NCBI GenBank assembly: GCA_963724765.1
Contig: CAVRVY010000002.1
Location: 448,001 to 512,000 of the forward strand
From: an uncultured delta proteobacterium
GTDB taxonomy: Bacteria > Desulfobacterota > Binatia > Binatales > Binataceae
DNA: 64,000 nt
Direction of reading: 5' to 3'
Shown here: piece by piece, positions 1 through 10,415 of the stretch
Position numbering within the stretch: the stretch's first letter is position 1
Layout: each line of letters starts with the position of its first letter
Notes under the pieces: model-generated
The model's database searches: none
The model's input: only the letters and a program-made list of their open reading frames with translations
Told to the model about the DNA's origin: nothing
Made by a program: the position numbers and the translations under genes

Positions 1-373
1 GTTCGATCTGGCCGAGCAGCGCGTCCACGAACTGCACGTCGAAAGCTGTGCCGACCTTGGGCAGCATGAACATGTCCAGACGCGGACAGCGCTGTCCGAT
101 CTCGCAGATGTCGCGGAAGGCCCACGGCGTATCGAGGCCGTTGACGCGCACGGCGACCGTCTTGCGGCGCCAGTCGATCTCGTTGAGTGCGGCGATCGCG
201 CGGTTGCGCGCGTTGACTTTCTGCTCGGGCGCGACCGCATCCTCAAGGTCAAGAAAGATCACGTCGGCCTCGCTCGCGGCCGCCTTGGCGAAGAAATGCG
301 GCGAGGTGGCCGGCACCGCGAGTTCGGAACGTTGCAGCCGAAAGCGCCTTGGTTTATGGGTGCTCAAAGACAT
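1..373 (-). CDS. HpcH/HpaI aldolase/citrate lyase family (malyl-/citryl-CoA lyase-like); only the 5' part is in the window
   Basis: Hand translation from ATG at 373: MSLSTHKPRRFRLQRSELAVPATS...ADVIFLDLEDAVAPEQK...AVRVNGLDTPW...MLPKV. Not in the ORF track because it is truncated. Confidence 0.85.
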   Translation of the reverse strand, partial: MSLSTHKPRRFRLQRSELAVPATSPHFFAKAAASEADVIFLDLEDAVAPEQKVNARNRAIAALNEIDWRRKTVAVRVNGLDTPWAFRDICEIGQRCPRLDMFMLPKVGTAFDVQFVDALLGQIE

Positions 374-515
374 CGTCCGGGTTTAGCGCCAATCGTCCGG
401 GAGGTAAAGAGTGCGCTGCCGTGCCGCCCGCGCCCGCTGCGCGACGGCTGTAGCCTTGAAAACTCGCGCGCATTAAAATCGCGTACGGAAATGCATCCCG
501 GCGAAGCCATCCGGG

Positions 516-1502
516 ATGATCCTATCGGCGAGGGTGAGCAGTGTAATGGATCAGGCGGGAGTGATGTCGCCTCAGGGCCGGGTTCGCCCGGGACAGATTC
601 GGATTTGGCTACAGGCGAGCCGCGCATTTACGCTCGGAATGCCGTTCATGAGCGTGACGGTGGGCTCCTTTCTAGCGTTTCATGCGGGCGCCAGCCTCTC
701 GCTGCCGAAGTACCTGGCGGCTGCCGCGGCCGCGATGCTCTTGCAGGCCGCCGCCAATCTCATCAATGACTACTACGACTTCGTCAAGGGCACCGACGTC
801 AACAACTGGGAAGCGCCCGACGCCTTCGGTCCCGGCCTGGTGATCCAGCAAGGCCTGCTCACGGCGGAGCAGATTCATGTCGCCGGACTCGCGACCTTTG
901 CGGCGGGCTCGGCGCTCGGCCTGACGCTGGTCTATGCCTGCGGATGGCCGGTGCTGATGCTCGGACTGATCGGCGCGTTCGGTTCGTATTTCTACACCGC
1001 TGAGCCGCTCAGCCTGGCGTACCATGGGCTCGGTGATTTCATGGTTTTCGCCTTGATGGGGCCTGGTTACGTGCTTGGTGGCTACTATGTGCAGGCGGTC
1101 GGCTTTTCGTGGACGTCAGGATTGGTTGGGGTTGCTATGGGCCTGCTTTGCTCGAGCCTGTTGCAGGTCAACAACCTGCGCGACATCGATAACGATCGCA
1201 AGCACGGCAAATGGACGATGGCTGCGATAATCGGCCGCAAGGCCGCGCTGGTCGAACTCGTCGCGTGCGACACGCTGGCCTACGTAATCGTGCTGGTGAG
1301 CGTGCTCTTCAGGCTACTTCCCCTTCCGTCACTCCTGGTGCTGGCGACGCTCCCGCGCGCGATCGATCAGGTGCGACTGGTTTCCGGCGAAGCCGACGCC
1401 GAGGCGCATAATCGCGCGATGGCTCGCTCGGGGCAATTGCAATTCGAATTCGGCCTCGTGCTGGTGGCCGCTTTTGTGCTCAGCCGATTCATGGGTTGGT
1501 AG
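516..1502 (+). CDS. menA: UbiA-family prenyltransferase, MenA-like (DHNA octaprenyltransferase)
   Basis: NDYYD and NNLRDIDND aspartate motifs, many TM helices, YTAEPLSLAYHGLGD segment. Start uncertain. Confidence 0.75.
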   Translation: MILSARVSSVMDQAGVMSPQGRVRPGQIRIWLQASRAFTLGMPFMSVTVGSFLAFHAGASLSLPKYLAAAAAAMLLQAAANLINDYYDFVKGTDVNNWEAPDAFGPGLVIQQGLLTAEQIHVAGLATFAAGSALGLTLVYACGWPVLMLGLIGAFGSYFYTAEPLSLAYHGLGDFMVFALMGPGYVLGGYYVQAVGFSWTSGLVGVAMGLLCSSLLQVNNLRDIDNDRKHGKWTMAAIIGRKAALVELVACDTLAYVIVLVSVLFRLLPLPSLLVLATLPRAIDQVRLVSGEADAEAHNRAMARSGQLQFEFGLVLVAAFVLSRFMGW

Positions 1503-1738
1503 CGCCTTTCCTTTAAGGCGACTTTCCTTTCACAAAGTGCGGAGAGAATGCTCAATCTTTGCACTGCGACCATCGATTCGTTCGCTTCGAAGCCCGAATG
1601 CGGTGAAGCCAACGATTTTGTCGCTGTGCGAACTTTATAACGTCGAGCTTCTTCAGTTCATCGGCGCCTTGATGGTAATGGTGCCCATTTCATGATCTTC
1701 TCTGAGGCGAGTTGTTCGGATTGTCGCGGCCTCTGGCT

Positions 1739-2743
1739 TCACATTTTCAGGACCGACCTGAAGCGTACCTTGCCGGAAATCATCCGGTCGTAAGCGTCCG
1801 CCGCCCGCTCCAGTGGAAAAACCTCAATCATCGGCCGCACGCCGTTGGCCGCGGCGAACTTGAGCGCGTCCTCGGAATCGATGGAAGTTCCGGATGGCCA
1901 GCCCACGATAGACTTGCGCGTCAAAATCAATTGAAGCGACGACACCGCGAATGGATCTGGGCTTGCGCCAACTATCACCAATCTGCCGCCAATTCCGAGT
2001 CCATCGATCAGGCTGCCCATCGCTTTGCCCTCCGCTGCGGTCGCGAGAATCACGCGCGCGCCTCCCAGGCCGAGCAATTCCCTGGCAACGTCCTGCGATT
2101 TGCTGTCGATGTACGTTCGCGCACCCAGCTTCAAGGCGAGACTTTTCTTATCGTCTCCTCGACCTATTGCGACGGTCTCGAATCCGAAATTGCTCGCGAA
2201 CTGGATGCCCAGGTGTCCGAGCCCGCCTATACCCTGTATCGCAACGAGATCGCCGGGGCGGGCGCCACTGTTGCGCAGCGCGTTGAAGGTAGTGATGCCC
2301 GCACACATTAGAGGTGCGGCTTCTTCCGGAGCCAGTTCGCCGGGAACGCGGGCCAGCGCTTCGACGGGGGCGAACACGAACTCGGAGTAGCCACCATCAT
2401 AGCTAATACCCGGAATTTGCAAGTTTGCACAGGTGATAAAATCGCCACGACGGCATGATTCGCATTTCCCGCAGTGACCGCCATGCCATCCAATTCCTAC
2501 TCGATCGCCGGCTTTCCAGGGCTCGGCGTCTTCTCCGACGGCGTCGATCACGCCCACGATCTCGTGGCCGGGCGAGCGCGGATAGACTATTCCCGGCCAG
2601 TGGCCCTCCTTGGTCAGCGAATCGCTATGACAAATGCCGCATGCCTGAACCTTCACTCTGGCGTATCCGGCGGCTGGCTCGCGCATGCGCTCCTCGATCA
2701 GCTCGAAGCCGCCGCCGGCGCTATTCACTTGTATCTTATTCAC
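1739..2743 (-). CDS. Zn-dependent alcohol dehydrogenase
   Basis: CGICHSD, GHE, CGKCESC..C structural Zn site, GIGGLG. Confidence 0.93.
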   Translation of the reverse strand: MNKIQVNSAGGGFELIEERMREPAAGYARVKVQACGICHSDSLTKEGHWPGIVYPRSPGHEIVGVIDAVGEDAEPWKAGDRVGIGWHGGHCGKCESCRRGDFITCANLQIPGISYDGGYSEFVFAPVEALARVPGELAPEEAAPLMCAGITTFNALRNSGARPGDLVAIQGIGGLGHLGIQFASNFGFETVAIGRGDDKKSLALKLGARTYIDSKSQDVARELLGLGGARVILATAAEGKAMGSLIDGLGIGGRLVIVGASPDPFAVSSLQLILTRKSIVGWPSGTSIDSEDALKFAAANGVRPMIEVFPLERAADAYDRMISGKVRFRSVLKM

Positions 2744-2783
2744 GAACGTTACCTCACGTAAGCGGACAACTACGCGCCTTTTT

Positions 2784-3215
2784 TCACTCAGTAGCTTGCG
2801 AAGCCCACGGCCCGATCCCGGTGAAACGCCGCGGAGTGACTCGGGTGACGTATCCCGGAATGTTGCGCATGGCGGCTGGTGGGTAGACAGCGTTCGGCCC
2901 CAGATAGAGCGGCGCGAGGCGCCCCAGGAGGTCCACTGCGCCGCCTTCGGTCACGCGCGCGTTGCCGTAAACCACCACGTATTCGCGCAGCCCATTCGCG
3001 TTCGTCTTGTCGCCCAGCATGGACAGCGCAACTCTCGCGTCGCGTCGAATATTTTTGACTTTTTTATGTACCGCCAGGTGGCCGATCGCGAACTCTTCAT
3101 TTTCGATTCCGACCCACACTACAGTGACCTGCGGACTGCCATCCGGATTGAGCGTCGTCAAATGAGCGAGCGGCGCTTTTGCGATCAATTCGCGTATGGA
3201 TGGTGGAATCTCCAT
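2784..3215 (-). CDS. PPOX-class (pyridoxamine 5'-phosphate oxidase-like, putative F420-dependent) oxidoreductase
   Basis: HLTTLNPDGSPQVTVVW and KVKNIRRDARVALS. Start moved to ATG 3215. Confidence 0.85.
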   Translation of the reverse strand: MEIPPSIRELIAKAPLAHLTTLNPDGSPQVTVVWVGIENEEFAIGHLAVHKKVKNIRRDARVALSMLGDKTNANGLREYVVVYGNARVTEGGAVDLLGRLAPLYLGPNAVYPPAAMRNIPGYVTRVTPRRFTGIGPWASQATE

Positions 3216-3487
3216 GGGTGCCTCTCCTATCCGAACATCTCGATGGATTTGTGTCTGCAAAAAGCCTATCGGCGCGTCGCGCGCAGAATCGCCCCCGGGG
3301 CTCCGGGCGTAGATCGACCGGAATCCGCAGAACCGTTCATAGCGTATTGTCCAAACGGCTATATTCCTACTGGCACGATGACCTTGCCGAATTCCGCCCG
3401 TCGAGAATCCCTCCTGGCGGTTACCGTTCGACGATCCTTCATCCGTTCCGGTGTGACATTTAACATTTTTTGTAATCTCCTGAAGTT

Positions 3488-5122
3488 TTAATGTGCCGCG
3501 CTGCCTGCTTTGCCTATCTCGAACCGCCGGATGAAAAACGCCAGCGGCAGGCCCATCAGTACGATCAGGCTCAACAGGTAAAAACAATCCATGAACGCGA
3601 GCATCGTCGCCTGCTGCGTCATCATGCTTCCAATCAGTCCGTACGCCTGATGGATCGCATCCGGAGTGCTCGCGCCGCGCGTCAGCAGGTAATGGCTCGA
3701 GGTCCGCACAAACTGCCGGACGCTTCCATCAGCGGAAGTGAGATTGCTTACCAGCACGCTCTGATGATACTGCGTCCGCCGCTCCAGCATCGTCGTGACG
3801 AACGCGATGCCGAAGCTGCCGCCCCAATTGCGGCAGAGGTTCGTCAGGCTCGACCCTTTGTTGTTCTTGTTCCTGGGCAAATACGAGTATGCGAGCTGGC
3901 TCACCGGAACGAACATGAACGCATAGCCGAAACCCTGAAAGCATCGCGCGAGCGTGAAATGGAAATAGTCTGTCCCGGTCGTCATCCCGCTGTAGTAAAA
4001 GAATGAGAGCGCGGCAATCGTAAAGCTTGCGCCAAGCAGACGTTTCGCGCCGATTCGTGGTACGATTCGGACCACGAACGGAGCCAGCAAAGTGATTACC
4101 GCCGCCCCGGGCCCCAAAACCAGGCCCGCATCCGTGGCCGTGTATCCGAAGAGCGTTTGCAGCATCTCGGGGATCAGCACGGTGCTGCCAAAGAGCCCGA
4201 ACGCGAAAAGGAAATAGTACATATTGGCGATCGCGAAGTTGCGCTCCCGCAGCAGGGTCAACTCGACCACGGGATCGTCATGGCGCCACTCCCACCAAAT
4301 CGCGGCCGCGATGGCCACGACGGCGATCGCAAGAAATCCCACGATGAAATGGCTTTCCAGCCAGTCGTCGCGCTCGCCACGGTCCAGCACAACCTCGAGG
4401 CAGGCGAATCCGATCGCGATCAGGCTGATTCCGGCGTAGTCGATTCGGAACTTGCCTCCGCGCTTCGCGGCCGTTCGCTCCTCGGTGAATTCGACGGGAT
4501 CATGAACCAGGCGGCTCGAAAGCAGGAGCGACAGCAGTCCGATCGGGACATTGATGAAGAAAACCCAGCGCCATGAAAAGCTATCCGTGATCCATCCTCC
4601 CAGCGGAGGCCCGATAGCCGGCGCCGTGACAATCGCCATGCTGTAGAGCGCGAACGCTCCGCCGAGTTTCTCTTTGGGAAAGGTGTCGACCAGGATAGCT
4701 TGTTCGACGGGCGCCAGACCGCCGCCGCCAATTCCCTGGAGCACGCGGAAAAAAATCAGCATCCCCAGGCCAGGCGCGAGGCCGCAAAGAAGTGAGGTTA
4801 CAGTGAACAGCGCGACGCACATCATGTAGTAGCGTTTGCGCCCGAACACGCGGCTTAGCCACGCGCTCATCGGCAGGATGATCGCGTTCGCGACCAGATA
4901 GCTGGTCAGTACCCACGTGCTCTCGTCGTAGCTGGTGCCGAGACCGCCGGCGATGTGCGGCAGAGAGACGTTCGAGATGCTCGTGTCGAGCAATTCCATG
5001 AACGTCGCCATCGTCACCGTAAGCGCGATCGCCCACGGATTGTGCGACGGCTCTGCGGCAGGCGCGGGCGCCGGCGCGGCCGCAGCGCGCGCCGGCGCCC
5101 GCGTTGCGCTTAGCGCAGCCAT
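3488..5122 (-). CDS. emrB: DHA2-family MFS efflux permease (EmrB/QacA)
   Basis: FMELLDTSISNVSLPHI, WVLTSYL, GPPLGGWITD, WRWVFFINVPIG. Confidence 0.92.
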   Translation of the reverse strand: MAALSATRAPARAAAAPAPAPAAEPSHNPWAIALTVTMATFMELLDTSISNVSLPHIAGGLGTSYDESTWVLTSYLVANAIILPMSAWLSRVFGRKRYYMMCVALFTVTSLLCGLAPGLGMLIFFRVLQGIGGGGLAPVEQAILVDTFPKEKLGGAFALYSMAIVTAPAIGPPLGGWITDSFSWRWVFFINVPIGLLSLLLSSRLVHDPVEFTEERTAAKRGGKFRIDYAGISLIAIGFACLEVVLDRGERDDWLESHFIVGFLAIAVVAIAAAIWWEWRHDDPVVELTLLRERNFAIANMYYFLFAFGLFGSTVLIPEMLQTLFGYTATDAGLVLGPGAAVITLLAPFVVRIVPRIGAKRLLGASFTIAALSFFYYSGMTTGTDYFHFTLARCFQGFGYAFMFVPVSQLAYSYLPRNKNNKGSSLTNLCRNWGGSFGIAFVTTMLERRTQYHQSVLVSNLTSADGSVRQFVRTSSHYLLTRGASTPDAIHQAYGLIGSMMTQQATMLAFMDCFYLLSLIVLMGLPLAFFIRRFEIGKAGSAAH

Positions 5123-6336
5123 ACCTTGGGCTCCACCGACATTCCGGGATGCAGGCGATGCTCAGGGTCCTGGCCGGCATCGATGTCGATTCGCACCGGC
5201 AGGCGCTGAACCACCTTTACGTAGTTGCCGGTCGCGTTCTCGGAAGGAAGAAGGCTGAAGCGATCGCCGCTCGCGCCGGGCAGGTTCTTTACATAGCCCT
5301 GATAGTTGCGGCCGAAGGTATCGATATGAATGGTGACTTTCTGGCCGCGACGCATGTGCGCGAGTTGCGTCTCCTTGAAATTCGCGGTCACCCATATCTC
5401 ATCGGTTTCGGTCACGAACATTAGGGTCTGTCCAGGTTCGATTCGAGAGCCCAACTCGACGCTGCGCTTGCCGATGATGCCGTTGGCCGGCGCGTAGATT
5501 TTCGTGTAGCTCAGGTTGAGCAGAGCCTGATCGAGCGCCGCCCTGGCGGCATCGACGTCCGCCTCGCGCGCCGCGATCGTTTTGAGCGCGGAGCCCGCCG
5601 TTTCCCGATCGGAAGCGACCTTTGCCGCATCGACCCGGGCCGTTGTGATGTATTGATCGTATTCGTTCTGCGCCACCACTTGCCGGTCGAACAGGATGGC
5701 GAATCGTTGCGCATCCCTTTGCGCCTTGAAATTCGCCGCATCGCCTTCACGAACATTCGCCAGCGCAGCGGCATAGTCCTGTTTCGCGGAGGCGACCTGC
5801 GCGAGCGCCAGTTTCAGCCGCGCCTTTGCCTGCGCGGCTGCGACTTCGTAGTCGCGGGGATCGATCTCGACCAGCAACTCGCCCGCCTTCACACGATCGT
5901 CGTCCTCGGCGTGAACCCGGATGACGGTGCCGTTGATGCGGGAACTCAGAGGATCGATATGGCCGTCGATTTGCGCGTCATCGGTGGCCTCGTAGGATTG
6001 CAGATAGTTCCACGCAAACGGCCCGATCGCACCCGCTACGAAAACCAGCAACGCCGCCAGCAGGACTCTCCAAACTGTACGCTTGAACCAGGGACCTCCA
6101 CCGGCGCGCCCGTGCTCCCGCTCAGGCGCGGGGGGCAACTCGATACGTCGATAGCGTTCATCGCCGCCGTTGTGCTTGAGGGCTTCCAGCGGATCTTTAG
6201 AATCCATGCGCTCCGGCGGATGCTCCGGATCGAACTGAGCGTTTAGGTCTTCGGCGCCTGAGCTGACTCGCAAATCGCGACGGTTTTGGCCATCCGCGAA
6301 TTGCGCTCTGCCGTTATCTTCAATGAAGTCGTCCAC
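5110..6336 (-). CDS. emrA: HlyD/EmrA-family membrane fusion protein
   Basis: TDDAQIDG, ANFKETQL, FSLLPSENATGNYVKVVQRLPVRI. Confidence 0.92.
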   Translation of the reverse strand: MDDFIEDNGRAQFADGQNRRDLRVSSGAEDLNAQFDPEHPPERMDSKDPLEALKHNGGDERYRRIELPPAPEREHGRAGGGPWFKRTVWRVLLAALLVFVAGAIGPFAWNYLQSYEATDDAQIDGHIDPLSSRINGTVIRVHAEDDDRVKAGELLVEIDPRDYEVAAAQAKARLKLALAQVASAKQDYAAALANVREGDAANFKAQRDAQRFAILFDRQVVAQNEYDQYITTARVDAAKVASDRETAGSALKTIAAREADVDAARAALDQALLNLSYTKIYAPANGIIGKRSVELGSRIEPGQTLMFVTETDEIWVTANFKETQLAHMRRGQKVTIHIDTFGRNYQGYVKNLPGASGDRFSLLPSENATGNYVKVVQRLPVRIDIDAGQDPEHRLHPGMSVEPKVWLR

Positions 6337-6349
6337 GTGTCACCGCTAT

Positions 6350-6367
6350 TACTTGCATATACAAGCA
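6350..6367. promoter_or_regulatory. Second (imperfect) MarR operator, upstream of emrA
   Basis: TACTTGCATATACAAGCA matches the palindrome at 6815-6832 at 14 of 18 positions. Confidence 0.6.
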
Positions 6368-6385
6368 TCGTGCCAAAAAAAGCCT

Positions 6386-6811
6386 TTAGTCGCGAAGCTT
6401 GCGAAGAACGGACTTCAAGGCAGCGACGTTGTCCGATCCCAACCGGCGGCTGACTTCCGCTTGCGCCTTTTGCCAGGCCGGAAAGCCCTTGCGAATCAGC
6501 CCCAGGCCTTTCTCGGTTACCCTAATCAGATGGCTTCGCCGATCCACATCCGGCTCCAGCCGGAGCCACCCCTTCGCGCACATCCGCTCGACGTTGCGGC
6601 TGAGCGTCGACTCGTCCATCTCGAGGAGTTTCGCCAGGTCCGCGGGCCTGGTCTCTTCCCGGTTTACAACCGCCACTAGCAGGTTGAACTGGCTGGCCTT
6701 CAGGCCAACGCCGGCCAAAGCTTCGTCATAGATCGCCGTGATCATCCGGTTCAGCATCCGGACCCGAAATCCGATACATTCCCGCCCGACCTGCCTGGTT
6801 TCTTCGGTCAT
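6386..6811 (-). CDS. MarR-family transcriptional regulator
   Basis: RMITAIYDEALAGVGLKASQF, MDESTLSRNV, DRRSHLIRVTEKG. Start ATG 6811. Confidence 0.9.
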   Translation of the reverse strand: MTEETRQVGRECIGFRVRMLNRMITAIYDEALAGVGLKASQFNLLVAVVNREETRPADLAKLLEMDESTLSRNVERMCAKGWLRLEPDVDRRSHLIRVTEKGLGLIRKGFPAWQKAQAEVSRRLGSDNVAALKSVLRKLRD

Positions 6812-6814
6812 AGA

Positions 6815-6832
6815 TACATGTATATACATGTA
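6815..6832. promoter_or_regulatory. Perfect 18-bp palindrome, likely MarR autoregulatory operator
   Basis: TACATGTATATACATGTA lies 3 bp upstream of the marR ATG. Confidence 0.7.
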
Positions 6833-6884
6833 CCAAGCCCTTGTCAAAGGGCCTCGAGGATCCTCGTTGTGTCCGCGTCTGCCG

Positions 6885-7700
6885 CTAACCCGCCGCCATG
6901 CACGCCGACAAGGCGGGTTCAAATTTCTTCAGGTATGGCGCTAGATCAGGCGCGAACGCCGGATGCTCGCGCAGCCTGGCGAAGTGCGCGAAGGCTCGCG
7001 GGAACTGCGCGCCGATCCCGCGATGCAGGATCGGTTCGAGCCCTTTGCTCTCAAGTTCGGCGGCCCTTGGGATCTCATTGAAGAACAGACTCAACTCGGC
7101 GGCGAAGCAAATGTCCGCGAGCGTGACCTTATCGGCCACCAGATACTCGTGGCCAGGCGATAACGCCTGATCGATTCCAGCGGCATATCCCGCAAACCCG
7201 TCGCGCGCTCTTGAATGAATCTCCGGCGAGACCGATCCGTTCATCAACGACAGCAGGTAATGCTGCGCGTCGCGGGCGAACACGAGGCTCGCGTCCAGGA
7301 AGCTATCGACGCGTGCAGCTTCGTATGCGCCGCGGCCGTATAGCGGAAATTTGCTTTCGCCCAGCCGCGCGACGGCTCGCATGATGCTGTTCGATTCGAA
7401 GATGCCGACCTTGCCGTCGGGGCTGAAGGCCGCTGGAACGGTGCCGAACGGATGCGCCTCCATGAATGCTTCGGTCTTATGGAGCGCCCCTTTGAAGCCG
7501 ACCTTACCTACCGCCCCGTCGCCAAGCCGGGATTGTTCGTCACTGGAGAGCGGCCGCGCATCGAAATCCCACAACCAGGATTGAAGCTCCTTCGGCGAGG
7601 CGCCCCTTACTTCGATTTCGACACTGCAAAGGCGCGCGGCAATCGTCGTTTTCCAGATGCGTGGGTTGGGCAGGTAGGAGAAAATTCGCAACTCACTCAT
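6885..7700 (-). CDS. Glutathione S-transferase family protein
   Basis: HPFGTVPA, IFESNSIMRAV, YLVADKVTLADI. Confidence 0.85.
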   Translation of the reverse strand: MSELRIFSYLPNPRIWKTTIAARLCSVEIEVRGASPKELQSWLWDFDARPLSSDEQSRLGDGAVGKVGFKGALHKTEAFMEAHPFGTVPAAFSPDGKVGIFESNSIMRAVARLGESKFPLYGRGAYEAARVDSFLDASLVFARDAQHYLLSLMNGSVSPEIHSRARDGFAGYAAGIDQALSPGHEYLVADKVTLADICFAAELSLFFNEIPRAAELESKGLEPILHRGIGAQFPRAFAHFARLREHPAFAPDLAPYLKKFEPALSACMAAG

Positions 7701-7761
7701 GATTCCTCCTGAGGTCGGCGGATGGCGGTTTGCTTACGCAGCGGCGCGAGCCGCGATGCAC

Positions 7762-8469
7762 CTACCAGGTCTCGCCAAACGGCCGGATCTCCACGTTAAA
7801 AGACCAGGCGCTGCGATCCTGGTGCGCGGCGTGCCAGATTTCCTCGGCGATTGCCGCGGGCTTGATGAAGAATGCGTCCGGAGCGTCGGGCCATCGCTTG
7901 CGCGTCCATTCCAGGTCGATGACCGCATCGATCAGCACGTAGGCGACGTGCACGCCCTTTGGTCCTACCTCGCGCGCGATCGATTCCGCGAGAATCCGCT
8001 GCGCGGCCTTGGTCGGCGCGAAACCCGCGAAGCCCGCTTTGCCACGCAGCGCGGAAGTGTTGCCGCTGGCGATGATAGCGCCTTGCCCCGCCGCGACCAT
8101 CGCAGGCGCGAGCCGCCGGGCGAGATGCAGCAGCGCCATCGTATTGACCTGGAAATTCCGATTGAGAACTTCGGGATCGATTTGCATGAAGTTGCCGAAA
8201 GCGCCGCCGACTGCGTTATGGATTAGCACCTTCGGCGCTCCGAGGTCGGCACGGACCGCCTCGATCGTGGCGTCGAGTTGCGCTTCGTCGGTGACGTCGC
8301 ATGGATACGCGCGCGCATCGGGGATTTCACGTTGCAGCAGGGCAAGCCGCTCTCGATTGCGTGCGAGCATCGCGACCGCATACCCACCATGCGCGAAGCG
8401 GCGCGCGATTGCCGCTCCGGTTCCCGGACCTACGCCGGTTACGATTGCGACTGGATTAGTATTAGGCAT
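7762..8469 (-). CDS. Short-chain dehydrogenase/reductase
   Basis: TGVGPGTG, LIHNAVG, GVHVAYVLIDAVI. Start ATG 8469. Confidence 0.9.
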   Translation of the reverse strand: MPNTNPVAIVTGVGPGTGAAIARRFAHGGYAVAMLARNRERLALLQREIPDARAYPCDVTDEAQLDATIEAVRADLGAPKVLIHNAVGGAFGNFMQIDPEVLNRNFQVNTMALLHLARRLAPAMVAAGQGAIIASGNTSALRGKAGFAGFAPTKAAQRILAESIAREVGPKGVHVAYVLIDAVIDLEWTRKRWPDAPDAFFIKPAAIAEEIWHAAHQDRSAWSFNVEIRPFGETW

Positions 8470-8515
8470 GAGGGTTTCCTTTTCTTCGATTCGAGCGGAG
8501 CCTGACTCGTTCGAA

Positions 8516-9736
8516 TTACTCTGCGGCCGGATTGCCAAGTCGATTGTGAACGACACGGCTCTGTTCCAGCCGCGCAATGTCATCACCGTTGTAGCCCAAG
8601 GTGTTCAGGATGGCCGTGTTGTCCGCGCCAAACAGAGGCGCCATCGTGCGGACGCCGGCAGGAGTGCGATCGAAGCGCGCCGCCGGCCGCGGCATTCGGA
8701 CTTTGCCGAAGGTTTTGCTCTGGAATTCTTCGAGGATGTGATTTTCGCGAACTTGCTGATCCTGGAGGAGTTCAAAGCGGCTCAAGACCGGAGCGGACGG
8801 GACATCGTTACTGAGCAGGCGTGGCAAGATTTCGCTCGCGGTCCACTTCTCCAGCTCGGCGGCCACGATCTCGCGCCTTTCTACCGCGTGTATAGACCGG
8901 TCGCGCGCGGTCTTGAAGCGGGGATCGTCGATGAGATCCTGCCGCTTGAGCGCGCGGCACATCCCGGCCCATTCGTCGTCGGACAGCGCAGCCGCGGTGA
9001 GGTATCGGTCCTGCGCTGCGAATACCAGGTCGGGCCCGAGCTCACCGTCGGAGGGGTCCCTCTCATCACCGACCAAGGTCAGGCTCGTCATCGCATCAGG
9101 CCACAGATAGGAAATCATCGCGTCCAGCATCGCGATCCGAACGTGTTGCCCTTGCCCGGATCGCTCCCGGGCGAACAGCGCCGCGGTGATCGCCTGGGCC
9201 GCGGTCAGCGCGGTGGTGTTGTCGGCGATGATGGTGCGCACCATCCGCGGGCGTCCGGTATCTTTGTCGCGCTGGACGTCCGCCAGGCCTGACAGAGCTT
9301 GAATCACCGGATCATAGGCGCGCTGGCCGGCATACGGGCCGGTCTCGCCAAAACCGTTTATCGATACATAGACGATGTCTCGCCGGATGCCGCGCACGGC
9401 GTCTTCTCCGAGGCCGACGCGCTCGGCCGTTCCGGGGCGGAAGTTGTGAACCAGGACGTCCGCTGTAGCGATCAGCTTTTTTACGATCTCGAGGCCCTCC
9501 GCGTTCTTGAGATCGATCGCCAGCGAGCGCTTGTTCCGGTTGCAGCACAGGAAGAACGCGGACATCCCATTGCGGCCCCGGCTCAAGTGGCGCATGAGGT
9601 CGCCGCGCGGCGGTTCGATCTTGATGACTTCGGCGCCCTGGTCGGCAAGCATCATGGTCGCGACCGGGCCTGCGACCATGCTCGTGAAATCCAATACTCG
9701 AACACCCTCTAAAGGTCCTGACATCTTCTCTTTCAC
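8516..9736 (-). CDS. CaiB/BaiF family III CoA-transferase
   Basis: GPLEGVRVLDFT, NRNKRSLAIDLK, HNFRPG, AYDPVIQA. Confidence 0.93.
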   Translation of the reverse strand: MKEKMSGPLEGVRVLDFTSMVAGPVATMMLADQGAEVIKIEPPRGDLMRHLSRGRNGMSAFFLCCNRNKRSLAIDLKNAEGLEIVKKLIATADVLVHNFRPGTAERVGLGEDAVRGIRRDIVYVSINGFGETGPYAGQRAYDPVIQALSGLADVQRDKDTGRPRMVRTIIADNTTALTAAQAITAALFARERSGQGQHVRIAMLDAMISYLWPDAMTSLTLVGDERDPSDGELGPDLVFAAQDRYLTAAALSDDEWAGMCRALKRQDLIDDPRFKTARDRSIHAVERREIVAAELEKWTASEILPRLLSNDVPSAPVLSRFELLQDQQVRENHILEEFQSKTFGKVRMPRPAARFDRTPAGVRTMAPLFGADNTAILNTLGYNGDDIARLEQSRVVHNRLGNPAAE

Positions 9737-9756
9737 CTCCGGAGGCGAGTCGCCCG

Positions 9757-10410
9757 CTACTGTGCGAAGTTCCTCTTGAGCGCCGCCGCATAAGCTGGAC
9801 GTTGCCCAAGGCGCTGGCGATATTGCGAGAACGTTTCAGATAGAGGAATCTCGCTCGACACCGCCCAATCCAGGCAGGTCATCAAGAGGATGTCCGCGGC
9901 GCTCAGCCGGTCGCCGAGCAGATATGGGCCACCGTTCTCGACTCGCGGCGCCATCGCTTCGAGGTTGTGCAGGAAGTATTTCTTTGCCGATTCGACCGCG
10001 GCTGGCGCCTCACCATAGATGTGTTTCAGTCCTGCGTGACGGCGCACGACGTACAGCGAACCGGCGTCGAGTTCGGAGACAACGAAGTAACACCATTCGT
10101 TCAAGGCCGCCCGGCTACTGGCGTCCCTCGGCACGTATAGTTCTTTGGAATTGGTAAAGGTTTCACCGAGATACTGGATAATCGCGGGGCTCTCGGTCAA
10201 AACAAACGACCCATGGCGAAGGACTGGAATCTTGTGTCTTGGATTAAGCCGCCTGAATTCATCGGTGTGAGTCTCGCCGCTGCGCGCCTGGATCGGATGA
10301 AATTCGTACTCCAAACCGAGTTCCAGCAGCATCCAGTGAGCGCGCATCGTGCGCCCTGTGCCGGTTCCCCACAAAGTCAAATCATGCGTCATGCCGGTCG
10401 CTCCATGCAT
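9757..10410 (-). CDS. Glutathione S-transferase family protein
   Basis: LNPRHKIPVL, LTESPAIIQYL, YLLGDRLSAADI. Confidence 0.9.
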   Translation of the reverse strand: MHGATGMTHDLTLWGTGTGRTMRAHWMLLELGLEYEFHPIQARSGETHTDEFRRLNPRHKIPVLRHGSFVLTESPAIIQYLGETFTNSKELYVPRDASSRAALNEWCYFVVSELDAGSLYVVRRHAGLKHIYGEAPAAVESAKKYFLHNLEAMAPRVENGGPYLLGDRLSAADILLMTCLDWAVSSEIPLSETFSQYRQRLGQRPAYAAALKRNFAQ

Positions 10411-10415
10411 GCGGG

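Noticed and set aside
3360-3470. Short minus-strand ORF MLNVTPERMKD...FGKVIVPVGI with an RBS, vaguely like a universal stress protein N-terminus
   Set aside because: Too short, and the similarity is too weak to support.
8009-9292. 427-aa + strand ORF, and similar long antisense ORFs (e.g. 39179-40336, 31585-32520, 14734-15615)
   Set aside because: Shadow frames of well-supported genes on the opposite strand in high-GC DNA, with no recognisable motifs.
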